Notes under the pieces: generated by a model
What the model saw: the letters and a program-made list of their open reading frames with translations, nothing else
Database searches by the model: none
Told to the model about the DNA's origin: nothing
In this document: positions 1 through 27,399 of the stretch, one piece after another
Numbering within the stretch: the first letter of the stretch is position 1
Layout: the number at the start of each line of letters is the position of its first letter
Made by a program: the position numbers and the translations under genes
DNA from: Chiloscyllium plagiosum
Lineage: Eukaryota
Length of the DNA stretch: 64,000 nt
NCBI RefSeq assembly: GCF_004010195.1
Contig: NC_057751.1
Location: 1,159,968-1,223,967, forward strand
Reading direction: 5' to 3'

Positions 1-1655
1 TGGGGGTGGAGAAAGAAGGATGTAAAGTTAATGACACAGAAATGTGTAACAGTAAGGTTTCCAATCTGTCAAGAGACAGGTCACTGAAGCAAGAGATGTA
101 TAGAACTGATCTCCTCACTCAGTGTAAAACTAAAAATCTCCAATCATTTGCTTTTTTTCAATTGAAAGGAAGACACATTAAATACCATTAGTCACAAAAA
201 CTGCGACAATCTTTCTATTTCCCCCTCTTAAGTATTCCTGAGCGTTTTAAAATAGACACATAAATCATTCTCTGGAGGTTTGCTCTGTCACCACAGTCAC
301 ATCGAGTTACGTGTTCCTCATAGTCTCTGCAATCACCGATTACAGACCCCAACAAAGATTCCAGTACCTAATGAAACCTGACAGATACTTTTTAACAGGA
401 AAATGTTCATGGAACTGTCTGAAGTGTGTCACACGGGAGCAATGGAGAGATTTTGATGGATGTGGTTAGGAAAACAAATTCTGAAATAAAGCTGCCAGTC
501 ATTCCACAAAACTAACATTTTAGTTCAGCTGCTGAAGTATGCTTTCAGTCAATCCTAAGCACCTTTCGATAACTTTCAGAGAACATTACATTTTTCAGTG
601 TTCAGTTACGCTGGGAATAATTAATTTTGTTCTTGCGTGCATGAGTGTAGCTCCAACAACACTCGAAAAGCTCAAAACAAGTCAGAACAAACCAGCCACT
701 TGCTTCAGTCTTCATCCAGCAACATAAACATCACCTCCCTCTATCATCACAACCACACAATGTGCCTCGTACAAGATGCACTGCAGCAACTCATCAAGGG
801 TCCTCAGGCAGCACCTTCCAAACCCACCATGACTATCACCATCGAGAAGGGTAAGGGCAGCACATACTTGGGAACACTAACCCCCGGCAGGTTTCCCTCC
901 AAGCCTCTCACCATCCTATCTTGGAAATATATCACTGCTCCTTCACTGTCACCTGGTCAAAATTCTCAAACTCTCTCCCTTACAGCATTGTGGGTATCCC
1001 CAAACCAGACAGAAGACAGACTATCCAGGAGCACATATCCAGCACCAGGTGTGATTTGGATGGCTAATAAATGTGGCCTGACCAGGGCTACCCATGTTCC
1101 AGGAATGTATTCAAACTAAAACTCTGCCAAAGCATTTCCACTTCCTTTGATGGAAAGACAAGCTGACTTTTCAAAGATTAAAAATAAAAATGTCAACAAA
1201 TGCATGAACTATAACAACCTCAACACAGTCATCCTGTGAGTGACTGTTTTATCCTGCACTGATTTTACTGCATTCATACTGTACCTGGAGTTATCCCAAT
1301 GTATTGGAATGTCAAAAGAACTGGAATTGAACAATGGGAGCTAATTGAATTTGGACATGCTCACATACCTGAATCCTGGCCCTGATTTCTCATTGCCTTC
1401 TTTAAATTGTCCTGCCAATACTTTTAAAGGGGACTCCCTATATTCACTTGTCACGCTGTAAACAGACCACCCCAGCAGTGTTGGAGCTAACGTGATTTCA
1501 GTGGGAGGAAGTGTGTGTACAACGATTGGTTGGGAGTGTGTGCAGACATAAAATTAAAACAAAAACTAAAGAGCCAGGGATGCTGGAAAGCAGAAACAAA
1601 ACAGAAACTGCTGCAAAAGCTCAGCAGGTCTGGCAGCATCTGCGGAGAGAAATCA

Positions 1656-1695
1656 GAGCTAACGTTTCCGGTTGAGTGACCCTTCCTCAGAACTC
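1656..1695 (-). ncRNA. Minimal hammerhead motif, family B; core intact, stem II partly mismatched
   Basis: Reverse strand reads gagtt-CTGAGGA-A-gggtcactcaaccg-GAAAC-GTT-agctc; lies in element about 1560-1695. Confidence 0.6.
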
Positions 1696-2184
1696 AAATT
1701 TAAAATTCAATATGTTGTCACACACACACGCATGGAATGCAAACATGACAGCACAATGTATCTTTATTGTACTGGATGACAACCTTGTCAGAATTTGTTA
1801 TACATCTCACTTTCGTTGAAAGAAACCTGAACTTGAATCTCCAGGCAATATTCAGGATCACATCAACAACTTTCATTTATGTATTCTGCTCCCAACAGCA
1901 TGGACACATTTTCTCCTTTTCACACCCGTATGATTAACACCTATTTTACATCTCACCTCTCCTTTCCCACCATTATCACTGCCTCTGTGATTTCCTTTGG
2001 GCATTCTCACAATCTGTTCAACTTGCTCCTCTCCAACTTCTGCCAATAGCATAAAGACCATGTTCGTGCTCATTTCAGTTCCAAAGAAAGGTCGTATTGG
2101 ATTCAAAATGTTAACTCTGCCTTTCTCTACACAGGTGCTGCCAGACCTGCTGAGTTTCTCCAGCATTTTGTTTTTAATTAAATC

Positions 2185-2812
2185 AGGAAGGTAGATGTAG
2201 TGTTAGCATTCATTTCAAGAGGGCTAGGATATAACAGCAGAAGTGTACTACTGAGGCTGTATAAGGCTCTGGTCAGACTGCATTTGGAATATTGTGAGCA
2301 GTTTAGGGCCCCATGTCTAAGGAAGGGTGTGCCAGTCTCACAGGAGGTCCACAGGTGGTTCACACGAATGATCCCTGAAATGAAGGGCTTGTCCTATGAA
2401 GAGAGTTTGCGGACTCAGGGTCTGTGCTCGCTGGTGTTTAAAAGGATGAGGGGGGAATCTGATTGAAACTTATTGAGTACTGTGAGGCCTGGACAGAGTG
2501 GACATGGAGAAGATATTTCCACTATTGGGAGAGACTATGATTACCAGGGGACAGTGTCAGAGTGAAGGCATGACCTTTGGAACTGAGATGAAGAGGAATT
2601 CCTTTAGCCAGAGGGTGGTGAATCTATGGACCTCATTCCTGCAGAGGGCTGTGGAGGCCAAGTCATTGACTGTGTTTAAGACAGAGAGAAGTCCTTGTTC
2701 AGTAACTGGATCAAGAGTTGCAGGGAGAAGGCGGGAGAATGGTTTAGAGAGACACATTGGCCATGATCAAATGGTGGTGCAGACTTGATGGGCCAAATGG
2801 CCTTTTTCTGAT
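2185..2812 (+). mobile_element. CR1 LINE 3' fragment
   Basis: MLAFISRGLGY...LYKALVRLHLEYC...MKGLSYEE; FSQRVVNLW. Confidence 0.88.
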
Positions 2813-4074
2813 CTTGGATCTTGATGCCTAACTTGTATTATGTGATGGTTTAAGTTTTGTAAAACATCACAAGCTACTTCACAGGATCAATTTTAAAAAA
2901 TGACACCAAGCCAGAGGAGATATCAGACATCTGACCAAATGGATGACCAATGAAACTTCAGCAGCATGTGAAAGTAGAGTGAAGTTGAAAAGTAAAAAAA
3001 ACAAATGAAGGCATTCTAGAATTTGACTCCATACAGAGGAAGGCATGGCTGTCCATAGCTTGGCAGAGAAGATGTGACACCATCCAGGAGAAAGCAGATT
3101 GTATTGAATATTCATTCCATGCACTGCCATGACTTCATGGATACCAGAGCAGCCATTCGTCAAGATCTTTCATCAGAACATCCCAATTCAACTGTAACAC
3201 CTACAGGCAGCAGGTTTGTGGGTCACCCAGAGCTCCAAGTTGATAACTGAGCTAGTACCATGTGGTCCCTCCTTTATTCTCACTGGCTCTAAGTTCTGGA
3301 TCTTCCAACCTAATAGCACTGCATTTGTGACCACACCACTCAGACAGTCGCCTTATCAAGGGGCTCACAGAAAAGGGCAATAAATGCCAGTGACCTCCAC
3401 ATGTTTAAAATGAGGCTGCTGAGTCACATGACAAGAGACCTGCATGGCAGCTGTGTGTGAAACCCATTCCTGCTGAGCCACAAGCATGGAGTCCACAGCC
3501 ATGAAATGTTGCTAGAAGTTGGTGTGTTGCAGCAGAGAGCATTTCTGGAATCTGCGTTTTTGACTCGGAGAGGAAGAATTTTGGTGAAGGAACGTCAATG
3601 ACTGCTACTCTAGGAACAGTGTTTTCCAACAGTCCGTACTCTTTTATACAGCTTTCAGACTTCACAGAGCTTTGCTGTACTGGCCAGTGCTTCATAGGAA
3701 AGACAGCAGACCAGCTCCAGACCAATGAGTGGAAACGTTCCAATGTCACATGTTTCACTTCTCATGCCACTTTCCCAACTACAATCAATCACTTTGTTTG
3801 TTGAGATTGTCAGTCCAGGTTAATTGTTAGGCTTTTGTGAGCTGACTGCGAGACTGATGCACATATATACTCTCAAAAAACGAAGGCCCTTTCAATGGAG
3901 GCATTCAGCAAGGAGGACATCAATGACCGCACAAAATAATCCTGTTTGCACAGCGTTAGGAGGTGTAGCTGGTGCTGAGGCCAGGCTTTCAGCTCCCAAT
4001 GTTCTATGAGGAATAAGCCGAAACACTCTGCAGGCTCTCGTTTGGCTGATAAATTGGAGATGACACTTTCAATT

Positions 4075-4430
4075 TGTCAGCTGTCCTTCACTCAGCAGCG
4101 CTCTCTCTGAGTCAGAAGGTCAGTGGTTTCAGCCCGATCCCAGGCCACTGTTCCTGGTGCCAGTACTGAGAGAGCACTGCACTGTTAACCATCTCATCTT
4201 TCAGGTAGGAAGTCAGGGAGGAAACTGAGGTAACAAAGTTTGCTCCCAAAGATGGATGGGAAACAACCCATGGCACGATTCTGAAGGAAAACAGAGCAGC
4301 TCTCCCTTCTTGTTGTCAGCATTTATGCATCAATTGGCACTTTTGTCACAGAGTAAAATTGTTCATCAGCATTATTTTTATGGCAGGTTGCTGGGCTCCA
4401 GTTAGGTGTATTTCCTAATTACAAACATTG
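4075..4430 (+). mobile_element. Old DeuSINE/SacSINE-like element (related remnants about 8985-9200, 47700-47900, 58620-58950)
   Basis: ctctgagtcagaaggt head and cagtactgagagagcactgcactgt core; family name from memory. Confidence 0.5.
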
Positions 4431-4449
4431 CCTACACGGAAAATAAAAC

Positions 4450-4548
4450 AGCCTCATTCCTGATGAAGGGCACTTGGGTGAAACATTGATTCTTCTGCTC
4501 CTCAATGCTGCCTGACCTGCTGTGCTTTTCCAGCACCACACTCTCGAC
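4450..4548 (+). mobile_element. PLE tail fragment, family A, decayed hammerhead
   Basis: cattcctgatgaaggg...gaaacattgattc followed by the shared ctgcctgacctgctgtgcttttccagcaccacac tail. Confidence 0.7.
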
Positions 4549-4671
4549 CTACAACTTCCAATGGATGTTCAGCCTTGGGTATCCCAGTGTCAAGGGAGGT
4601 GCTGGATACATGCCAATTCTTTTTCCTGCTCACTCAATCAGACTTGAGTTTAGTTTGGGATTATGTCAGGC

Positions 4672-4905
4672 ATAGAACATATAACATAGAACATAAAAGA
4701 TTACAGGCCCTTGGCCCTCGATGTTACGCTGACCTGTGAACCAATCTGAAGTCCTAAACTGTTCCATTTTTATCCATATGTCTGTCCAATGACCATTTAT
4801 ATGCCCCTAAAGTTGGCGAGTCTACTACTGTTACAGGCAGTGCGTTCCACGCCCCGAATACTCTCTGAGTAAACAAACCACCTCTGACATCTGTCCTATA
4901 TCTGT
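4672..4905 (-). mobile_element. CR1 LINE 3' end
   Basis: FTQRVFGAWNALP; catagaa-type tail repeats. Confidence 0.78.
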
Positions 4906-5489
4906 CACAAAGAGATGGACTGGTTGAATCAAAGGTTCTGTTTCTGTGCTGTTTCACTGTATGATGCTGTGACAGCTGAAATCCGCACACCTCTCTGCCG
5001 TTCTATACGTAAAGCAACATATTTTGTAATTTCAGTCCAGTAAATTAATACGTCACTGCAACATGAGTGGAAAAGCATCAATCTCCCCACAACTGAAATC
5101 TGGGCATTTAGTTACTCTCAGTCAGTCAGGAACCTGTCACAATAAGAAGGCGGTCATGTGGAGAGCAAGTACACTCTCACCACTCCTGTACAAAAGGGTT
5201 TCGATACTTACTGAGAAAGCCATGAGCCTTCTGTGGCATTGCATACAGAACATAAAGACTGTACAGAGTGTTCAGGTGTCAGGGTGTGTAAGGAACAAAG
5301 GACAAATAATGGATTCACACAAACACAATTCAGTCTTCAGTAAAATGACAATCATCCGATCTCGACCTTTATATAAAATGTTGGCAAAACCTTTGCAGCA
5401 ATTTGAAAGATGAAACTGCTTGCAACACTGATATTCCTCTGCAGTACAATCTGATGAGGTGGAGTGGGCGAAACCAAGTTGGTATATTG

Positions 5490-6050
5490 GAACATAGGAA
5501 ACAGGAGCAAGAGGAAGCCATTGGCCCTCGCGCCTGCTCTACCACTCAATGGATCATAGGTGATTGGTACCCAGTTATCTTCCAGCATCACCCCATAGAA
5601 CTGTATCTTTAATATCTAGGCATTTATCAATCTATGTACAGTGTGGCATGTTTACAAAAGCAGTTCCCCACTTCTGAAAAGTGGGGACAGAGATTTGTAA
5701 TGCCAGTGCACGCAACCAATAAGGTTACTTTGATGTTTTTGTGGCACAATCTGGAACATAGGTTTCGGATAAGGGACAGCAGGTTAAAGACAATGTGGAG
5801 GAGAAATTGCTTCTCTTAAAGGGTAGTGGTTCTGTGGAATTTACTGCCCAGAGAGCGGTGGATGGCGGCACATTGAATAAATTTGGGGAGGAGATAGACA
5901 GAGTTTTCTTTGTTAATGGGCTGAGGGGTTATGGAGAGCGGGCAGGAGACTGGTATGAGGTCCAGGTGAGATCAACCATGATCATATCAAATGGCAGCTA
6001 TAAGGTTGAAGGGCTGAATGGCCTACTCTTGCTCTGAGGTTTTGTGTTCT
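5490..6050. mobile_element. CR1 3' fragments in opposite orientation
   Basis: Minus-strand tail about 5490-5700 and plus-strand tail about 5750-6050. Confidence 0.7.
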
Positions 6051-6764
6051 TTTTATAGACATTACACTAGTCCTTGAAAGAATCCCTTTTCTGAGATTAA
6101 TACAAAAGCAAAATGCTACAGATGCTGTTTTCTGTTTTTATTTAATTTCTTAAGCTAATGGGTTTTATAATGGGAGTTTGCTGTAATGTATTGCTCCTGA
6201 TGGCCCTGGGAAGCTTAAATATGCCCACACATCATATTTAATTGGTCATATTTGCAAATCAAGCCCAGATCCAAAGTTGGCAGCATAAGGTGGTCAGGAA
6301 AGAACTGCCATAATGCAGTGGACAACACGCCTCACTCATCAAGCACTTGGACTTCACTGTATTTTAAAACATCCCTCACTTTCTCAAGGTCAATATCAGA
6401 AACAAGCCAATGTCCTGGCTGTGCAGTGTTTGCCAGTGACTTTCGACATGATGCTGATTTTTATTTCCAGCCTTGTCCTATATTTTATTCAGAGTACTTA
6501 ACTGAGTGAAACTATAACCAAGGCTTTTTATAAAATCACACAGGATGAAAGGAGGCCACTCATCCCTTCACACTTGAACCAGCTCATTGAAAGAGATACC
6601 CAGTGAGAACATAAGAGCAAGGAGCAAGTATTGACCCAATGGTGTTCCATAGGGGTTGGTACTGGGTCCACTCCTGTTTGTCATTGATGTAAATGATTTA
6701 AAACATGGTTTGTAAGTTTGTGGATGACACCAAAATTGGTGCTATTGCAGACAGTGAGGATCAG

Positions 6765-6999
6765 TACCACATCAACCCCTCGAAGAGTAACCCACCCGGA
6801 TCAATTCCCCTAACTAATGTACCGAGCTGAGGCAAGCCTGAACACTACGGGCAATTTAGCATGGCCAATTCACCGAACCTGCACATCTTTGGACTGTGGG
6901 AGGAAACCCACACAGACATGGGGAGAATGTGCAAACTCCACACAGACAGTCACCCGAGGCTGGGATTGAACCCGTATCCCTGGCGCTGTGTGGTAGCAG
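6765..6999 (-). mobile_element. HE1-like V-SINE running into the assembly gap
   Basis: Same core and tail. Confidence 0.8.
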
Positions 7000-7499
7000 N
7001 NNNNNNNNNNNNNNNNNNNNNNNNNNNNNNNNNNNNNNNNNNNNNNNNNNNNNNNNNNNNNNNNNNNNNNNNNNNNNNNNNNNNNNNNNNNNNNNNNNNN
7101 NNNNNNNNNNNNNNNNNNNNNNNNNNNNNNNNNNNNNNNNNNNNNNNNNNNNNNNNNNNNNNNNNNNNNNNNNNNNNNNNNNNNNNNNNNNNNNNNNNNN
7201 NNNNNNNNNNNNNNNNNNNNNNNNNNNNNNNNNNNNNNNNNNNNNNNNNNNNNNNNNNNNNNNNNNNNNNNNNNNNNNNNNNNNNNNNNNNNNNNNNNNN
7301 NNNNNNNNNNNNNNNNNNNNNNNNNNNNNNNNNNNNNNNNNNNNNNNNNNNNNNNNNNNNNNNNNNNNNNNNNNNNNNNNNNNNNNNNNNNNNNNNNNNN
7401 NNNNNNNNNNNNNNNNNNNNNNNNNNNNNNNNNNNNNNNNNNNNNNNNNNNNNNNNNNNNNNNNNNNNNNNNNNNNNNNNNNNNNNNNNNNNNNNNNNN
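7000..7499. other. Assembly gap (500 N)
   Basis: N run. Confidence 1.
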
Positions 7500-8826
7500 A
7501 CACTCCCACACGCAGAACCACAAACACACACCCACAGAGACAGATGCAGAGATAGAGAGGGAGACAGACACACAGTCAGATACCTGAGGGTGCAATCAAG
7601 CCCAGGTCCCTGACCCTGTGCGGCAGCAGAGCTAACCACTGAGATACTGTGTGGTGGTGGGGGGGGACAGTGTCAGGGACTGAGGAAGGGGAAGAGGTTG
7701 CAGGCTCTCATTGGCCACTCCAGGAACAAGGGCCTGACCACGTCTCAGGGTGGAGGGTGCAGCTCCTGCTGGGATCCTGCCGTGCACTCCACCCCACAGG
7801 AAGCCCCCCCCCCCCTCCCCCCCTTCACAAAGCCTGCGGTCAGTTGCTCGCTGCCTCACTGAGGATGTGCTCGGTGCTATCTGAAGGAAGTCGTGGCTGC
7901 TCGATAGGATCAGAAAGTGTCTTCAGGAATCACCAACTGTCCTGATGCAGCAAAACAGGGAGATTGGTTGTGAAGAATTAAAATGCAAGGCAATGCTGTG
8001 AAACCCCTGTTGAATCTTTGCCAGTTCAACCGAAGAAATTAGCAAAAGAGGTGCAGGAAGCTGATTTGGAAAAGTCATGGTGGAACCTTGAGACCTCTCA
8101 AAAAAATATTGAACAGGATGCAAAGGGTTTGTTTACACTGTTGGGATGTGGGAATGGCTGGCTGAGCCTGCATTTATTTCTCATCCCCAGTGGTCCTCAG
8201 ATGTAACTGAATGACTCTCTCAGCCATTTCAGAGGGCCATTCACAGTCAGCCACGTGATTGTGGTCTGGAGTCATGTGTAGGCCACATCAGGTAAAGACA
8301 GCAAATTCCTTCCCTAAAGGACATTGTAAATGGAAAGCTTTTTAAAACAGTTGTTCAGTTTTTAATTGCACATTTTAAAACCTGCGTTCATCTCCCTCAG
8401 TCGTGTGTGATGGGATTTGAATCCGGGACCCCAGAACATTAGCGGGGTTTCTGGATTTATCGTTAAATTACATCACCACTGGTTAAATGCCTCCAGTTAA
8501 AGGCTTCTGGGTGTTTGAAGTGTTGAAAGAGTTTTACAGGTTTGAAGGAGAAATGTCTTGTTAAGTACAAGATGGTATCAATAAATCACACAAGCAACTG
8601 AGATGAAGCCTCTTTCCCCTGGAGTGATGCCAATGTGGAACAGCGCCAGGAGTAGTTGAGATGAATCATATTGTTCTGTTTTAAGGCAAACACAAGGGAG
8701 TCAATGATATTCTCGGGTGGGAGGAAGTTAATGAGTGAACATAAGCACTGGTATAGATGAATGGTCTGTGTCTGCACTGCTCAGGAAATGTTATTCAAAC
8801 ATCTGTAATCCCACAGGTTTCTAGCG

Positions 8827-23227
<14,401 letters not shown>

Positions 23228-25176
23228 CAATGTGAATGGACTGGTGGGTGCAGCTAGGTAGAAATCACTGTGAGCAAGCTCAAATAACACTGAGCTGCTT
23301 GAAAAAGGATATGGTCCACACTCTTTCTTTCATTTTTAACTCATTCTGTCCCTTGAACAGAGCTCCTTTAGCTTCCTTTCACTGCAGTCAGGCTCCCACT
23401 TATCCATCGCTGTTTAAAATGTACATCACTCACTTGAAGTTGCATCATGACTCAATGAGATGTTGGGACCCAGTGAAGTCCGTCCAAGAACACACCGAGC
23501 CCCGTGCAGGGCTGCAGCTGCTGCCAAAACTGTGACCAAGTCTCTTGCCCCAGGTTCCATTAATAGTTTTGGAAAGTATGCTCATGTGTGAGAGACAGAG
23601 AGACAACTGGCTGACATGGTACATAGAGTGGTGACAGGATATGGTGACATTGGTACTTGATCAAATGAAGCATGATGTTCTGTCACCTGGCATTATTTCC
23701 TGGAGTTGGCTGGTTTATACCACGGAGTTTGATCCATCAGCCTGGTTTTCAAATGTATTTGTGAACGTTCTCTAGCTCCCCTAACAAACACTAAGTATTG
23801 TTCTCATCCCAGCTTCAGGGACAAACACCTTTACACTATCTTCTCTCAGTCCAATATATGATTGCATCAACAACAAGGGATCAGTGAATGATGAAGCAGT
23901 TTCTTTTAACTGCTCTGTTTAGTCCCATTTCCACTTAACCAGCAATCAATTTTCTACTATTTGCTGCCTCAGGCCGGGAGTTGCTTGGTTTATCTCTGGG
24001 CTCCTCAAGTGTTTAAACTAACCATCCTGACCCCTCCTTTATGTTTGCTGCAGTGGGTAATCCTGTGAAACCTTCACAGATATGGTTGGACCTGAGGTAA
24101 ACATAGAGGGGTGACAGCTTATAGGAATCTAAACCCATTGTCCTGTAAAAGGGGGTTAACCCCATGGTTTGACAGTGACGATTTCATTTCAAACCTGATT
24201 TCCTTCAGCACATGGGGCTCAGCATCTCCCTGTGAGGTACACCGTGAATGCAGCTGACTATGGGTGGGAGAGTGTTCTTCACCCCTCTTGATGGGGTAGA
24301 GGATTAAATTTGTTTCACATTCCTACCATGAGGTAAATTGAATGGAGTTTTGTGATGAGGGTTGAAGGAGCTGTCATGGCCTTTAGGGAGTGATCAGTGG
24401 TCCTCTACTTAACTTTCTGACTGTTTCAGTAAATCATTGGCACCAGTGTCTGTTTTTATAGCAAGAGAATTGCCAATGGATCTCCGAGTCCTAACTCGGA
24501 AACCTGGAGGCATTGCAGTGTCTCCACTGGCAGAAGGATAATATTATGTTGAGATATGTTCCCATGGGCAGTTGCTGTGATACACAGGAATCTCAAATGG
24601 AAATTGCAAGAAATAACTGGGAAGGGGAATTGTGTCTGTCTAGATATGTTCAGTCAGTTATTAGCAGCTGCACCCTGGCCATCCTCGCAAGCTTCATTTG
24701 AAACACGTGGTTCTTTTCGAGAATGTGAAAGGATCTCTCTGGGTCGAGGGCCACCAAGTTGTCTGCTTTGATTTGTCTTAAGCTGTCTGCACATTGCTGA
24801 GGGAAACTGATATGTTTCTGGTAGCCTGTATTGTCCCAGAGGACGTGTGAGTGCTATTGTCAGTGGACCTGTCGATTTCAGCACATCAGCCTTTGGGTCC
24901 AACTTCCAATTCTGTTTCTGATCAACAATGGGATTGAAATTCTGAGAAATCAGACCCGGTTTGTCTGAGAGGATTGCTCAGAGAGGATAATTGAATGTGA
25001 TCTGGGGTGTGTGAGTGCTTTTTAAATGAGAGCAATGTTTCTGGGTCAAGTTCTTGCCCACACTGTGATCTTATTTGTTAATTATTCCTCGTGTGCATTT
25101 TAAATGTTGAATTTTTGGGATAATTTTTATTTGTAAAATCTGCTCCGTTAATTATTGAGTGTCCTGAAAACCCCTC

Positions 25177-25182
25177 AATAAA
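25177..25182 (+). terminator. Candidate ERLIN2 polyadenylation signal AATAAA (implies a 3'UTR of about 1.95 kb)
   Basis: AATAAA after a U-rich stretch at the end of a repeat-poor region following the stop codon; not transcript-verified. Confidence 0.55.
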
Positions 25183-25849
25183 AGAAGTGATGTCTCCATG
25201 CTGCTGTAAATCTGCAGGAAGTGCTGGGGAATGGCCTTGGCAGCTTGGCTCCAAGGAACTGAAGTGTATCCTCTCCCCACCTACTGATGTCTGTTTCACT
25301 GAGTTGTACAAATCGATGGCCTTTCATTCACCCTTCCTTAACATCTTCACTGTTCGGGACATGGTTTCTCACCACACTTACCTACGTAAGAAATATTCTA
25401 AGGTGACTCACCCCCCCTGCTTTTTCTTGCATGTGGAAAGCTGATTGGGGCACATTGGGGAAGTATTTTATCTGCAGGAATGTCATGTTTGGTGCATGGA
25501 TTATTTGCAGTACTGAAGCTGCCCCATTGGGCTGGTCTTTGTGCAACTGCTGAAGTTTATCCCATCATTACTGTGTCCCTCTTGCCCTGCCTCCCTCACA
25601 TGCCTCTGTGCTGCAGCCTGTGGGAGTGACTGCCATATTCCTCACACGTTCTGGGTGAATGAATTCCTGACTTGATTTGTTTTGGGACTATCTTGTGTTT
25701 GTGGCTGCCAGCTTTGATTTTGGGATCAATTGGTCAGTAGGTTACCAGAGGTGACCCCCCCCCCACCCCCAGGCTACTCAGCCTTCACCATGACATGTGC
25801 TGACTCTGAATCGCCCAGCCTAAAATCTGCTTCTCTGTCCTTTCAATCA

Positions 25850-26118
25850 ATCCCTGCAGTGTAGAAGCAGGGCATTCAGCCCAGTGAGTCTACACTGATC
25901 CTCAGACGAGCAACCCACGCAGACCCACCCACTTCACCACCCTATTCCTGCATTTCCCGTAGCCAATCCACCCTAACCTGCACAGTTTCTGGTTTGTGGG
26001 AGGAAACCCCACGCAGACACTGGGACAATGTGCAAACACCACAGCTAAGGGTGGAATCAAGCCTGGGTCCCTGGCCCTGTGCGATAGCAGTGCTAACCAC
26101 TGAGCCACCGTGTCGCCC
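25850..26118 (-). mobile_element. HE1-like V-SINE
   Basis: Same head, core and tail. Confidence 0.8.
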
Positions 26119-26180
26119 AGTTAAAGAAAGAAACTTCACCGGTCCTGCCTGGCTTAAGTCAGCATATACCAGGCAAAGAC

Positions 26181-26263
26181 ATGAAGGGCTTATGCCCGAA
26201 AAGTCGACTCTCCTGCTCCTTGGATGCCGCCTGACCTGTGCTCTTCCAGCACCACACTCTCGA
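26181..26263 (+). mobile_element. PLE tail fragment, family A, truncated within the hammerhead core
   Basis: atgaagggcttatgcccgaaaagtcgactctcctgctcc... Confidence 0.7.
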
Positions 26264-27014
26264 TAGTGACATTAAGGCACAACATTTAAAATAAGGATCC
26301 AGTAATGGCCAGAGTTTCTGGTCTAGGCAGATGCTGCTTGAGATGGTGATGAGCTGTTGATCAGCCTATGTGGTGATGATTGCTACAGTGCTGTTTGGGC
26401 GCAAGTTCCTGGATTTGGACCCAATGAGTTGAAGAGCTTGCTGCCTGTTTTCCAAATCGGGATGCTGTGTGAGGTGGTAGTGTGGTTCTGGTCATTGAGG
26501 TTCAGAGGGACTGTGAAACAATTCCTGGGAGGTGAGTTCATCAGCCATCAACCAATCATGGTTCTAATCCAGATTGATCCTGTAAGCCGCACTGAGGAAA
26601 AACCAGCTCATCTGTTTTGAGTGCGTTGCCGTTTGTGGGAGCCTGTGCGGGTGCTGACAACACAACACTGCAGAATCACTTCACTGGCTGCAAAATGCAG
26701 CATAAAGCTGTATGGAAAGTCCTTTGAAATGTCCAAAGGCTGCAAACACTGCTGTATCAATGCACATTATTTACTGTTATCAGGTGGATCAGAAAGGGTT
26801 TTTTTGATCCTTGTTCATTTAGGGTGAGTGATTTTAGTTGTAAAATGGTCCATTTTCCCATCTCTGTGAGCTGAGGAGTTTCAAAGCGAGGAGTTTCAAA
26901 GCAAGGAGTATCATAGGACTGTTGGTGGGATCACCGTCCTGAGACTTTGTTAAAAGGCTGTTTCCCTGCCATGTGCTTAATCTAATAGAAACTGAAAATG
27001 ATCTTCATTGAAAC

Positions 27015-27390
27015 TTCAAAGGCTGAGGGGTGACCTTACTGAGGTTTATAAAATCATGAGGGACATGGATAAGATAAATCGACAAAGTCTTTTCCCTGGG
27101 GTTGGGGAGTCCAGATCTAGAGAACATAGGTTTAAGGTGAGAGGGGAAATATATAAAAGGGACCTAACGGGCAACATTTTCACACAGAGGGTGGTACGTG
27201 TATGGAATGAGCTGCCAGAGGAAGTGGCGGAGGCTGGTACAATGACAACATTTAAAAGGCATCTGGATGGGTGTATGAATAGGAAGGGTTTAGAGGGATA
27301 TGGGCCAAGTGCTGGCAAATGGAACTAGATTTGGTTCAGATATCTGGTTGGCATGGATGGGTTGGATCAAAGGGTCTTTATGACTCTATC
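27015..27390 (+). mobile_element. CR1 LINE 3' fragment
   Basis: RLRGDLTEVYKIMR...FTQRVVRVWNELP. Confidence 0.88.
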
Positions 27391-27399
27391 ACATGAAAG

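Noticed and set aside
6856..7639. Long ORFs of 219-250 aa
   Set aside because: Artefacts of reading through the N gap; flanks are SINE sequence.
24152..24163. 12-bp palindrome ggggttaacccc in the ERLIN2 3'UTR
   Set aside because: Expected by chance in 64 kb; no supporting structure.
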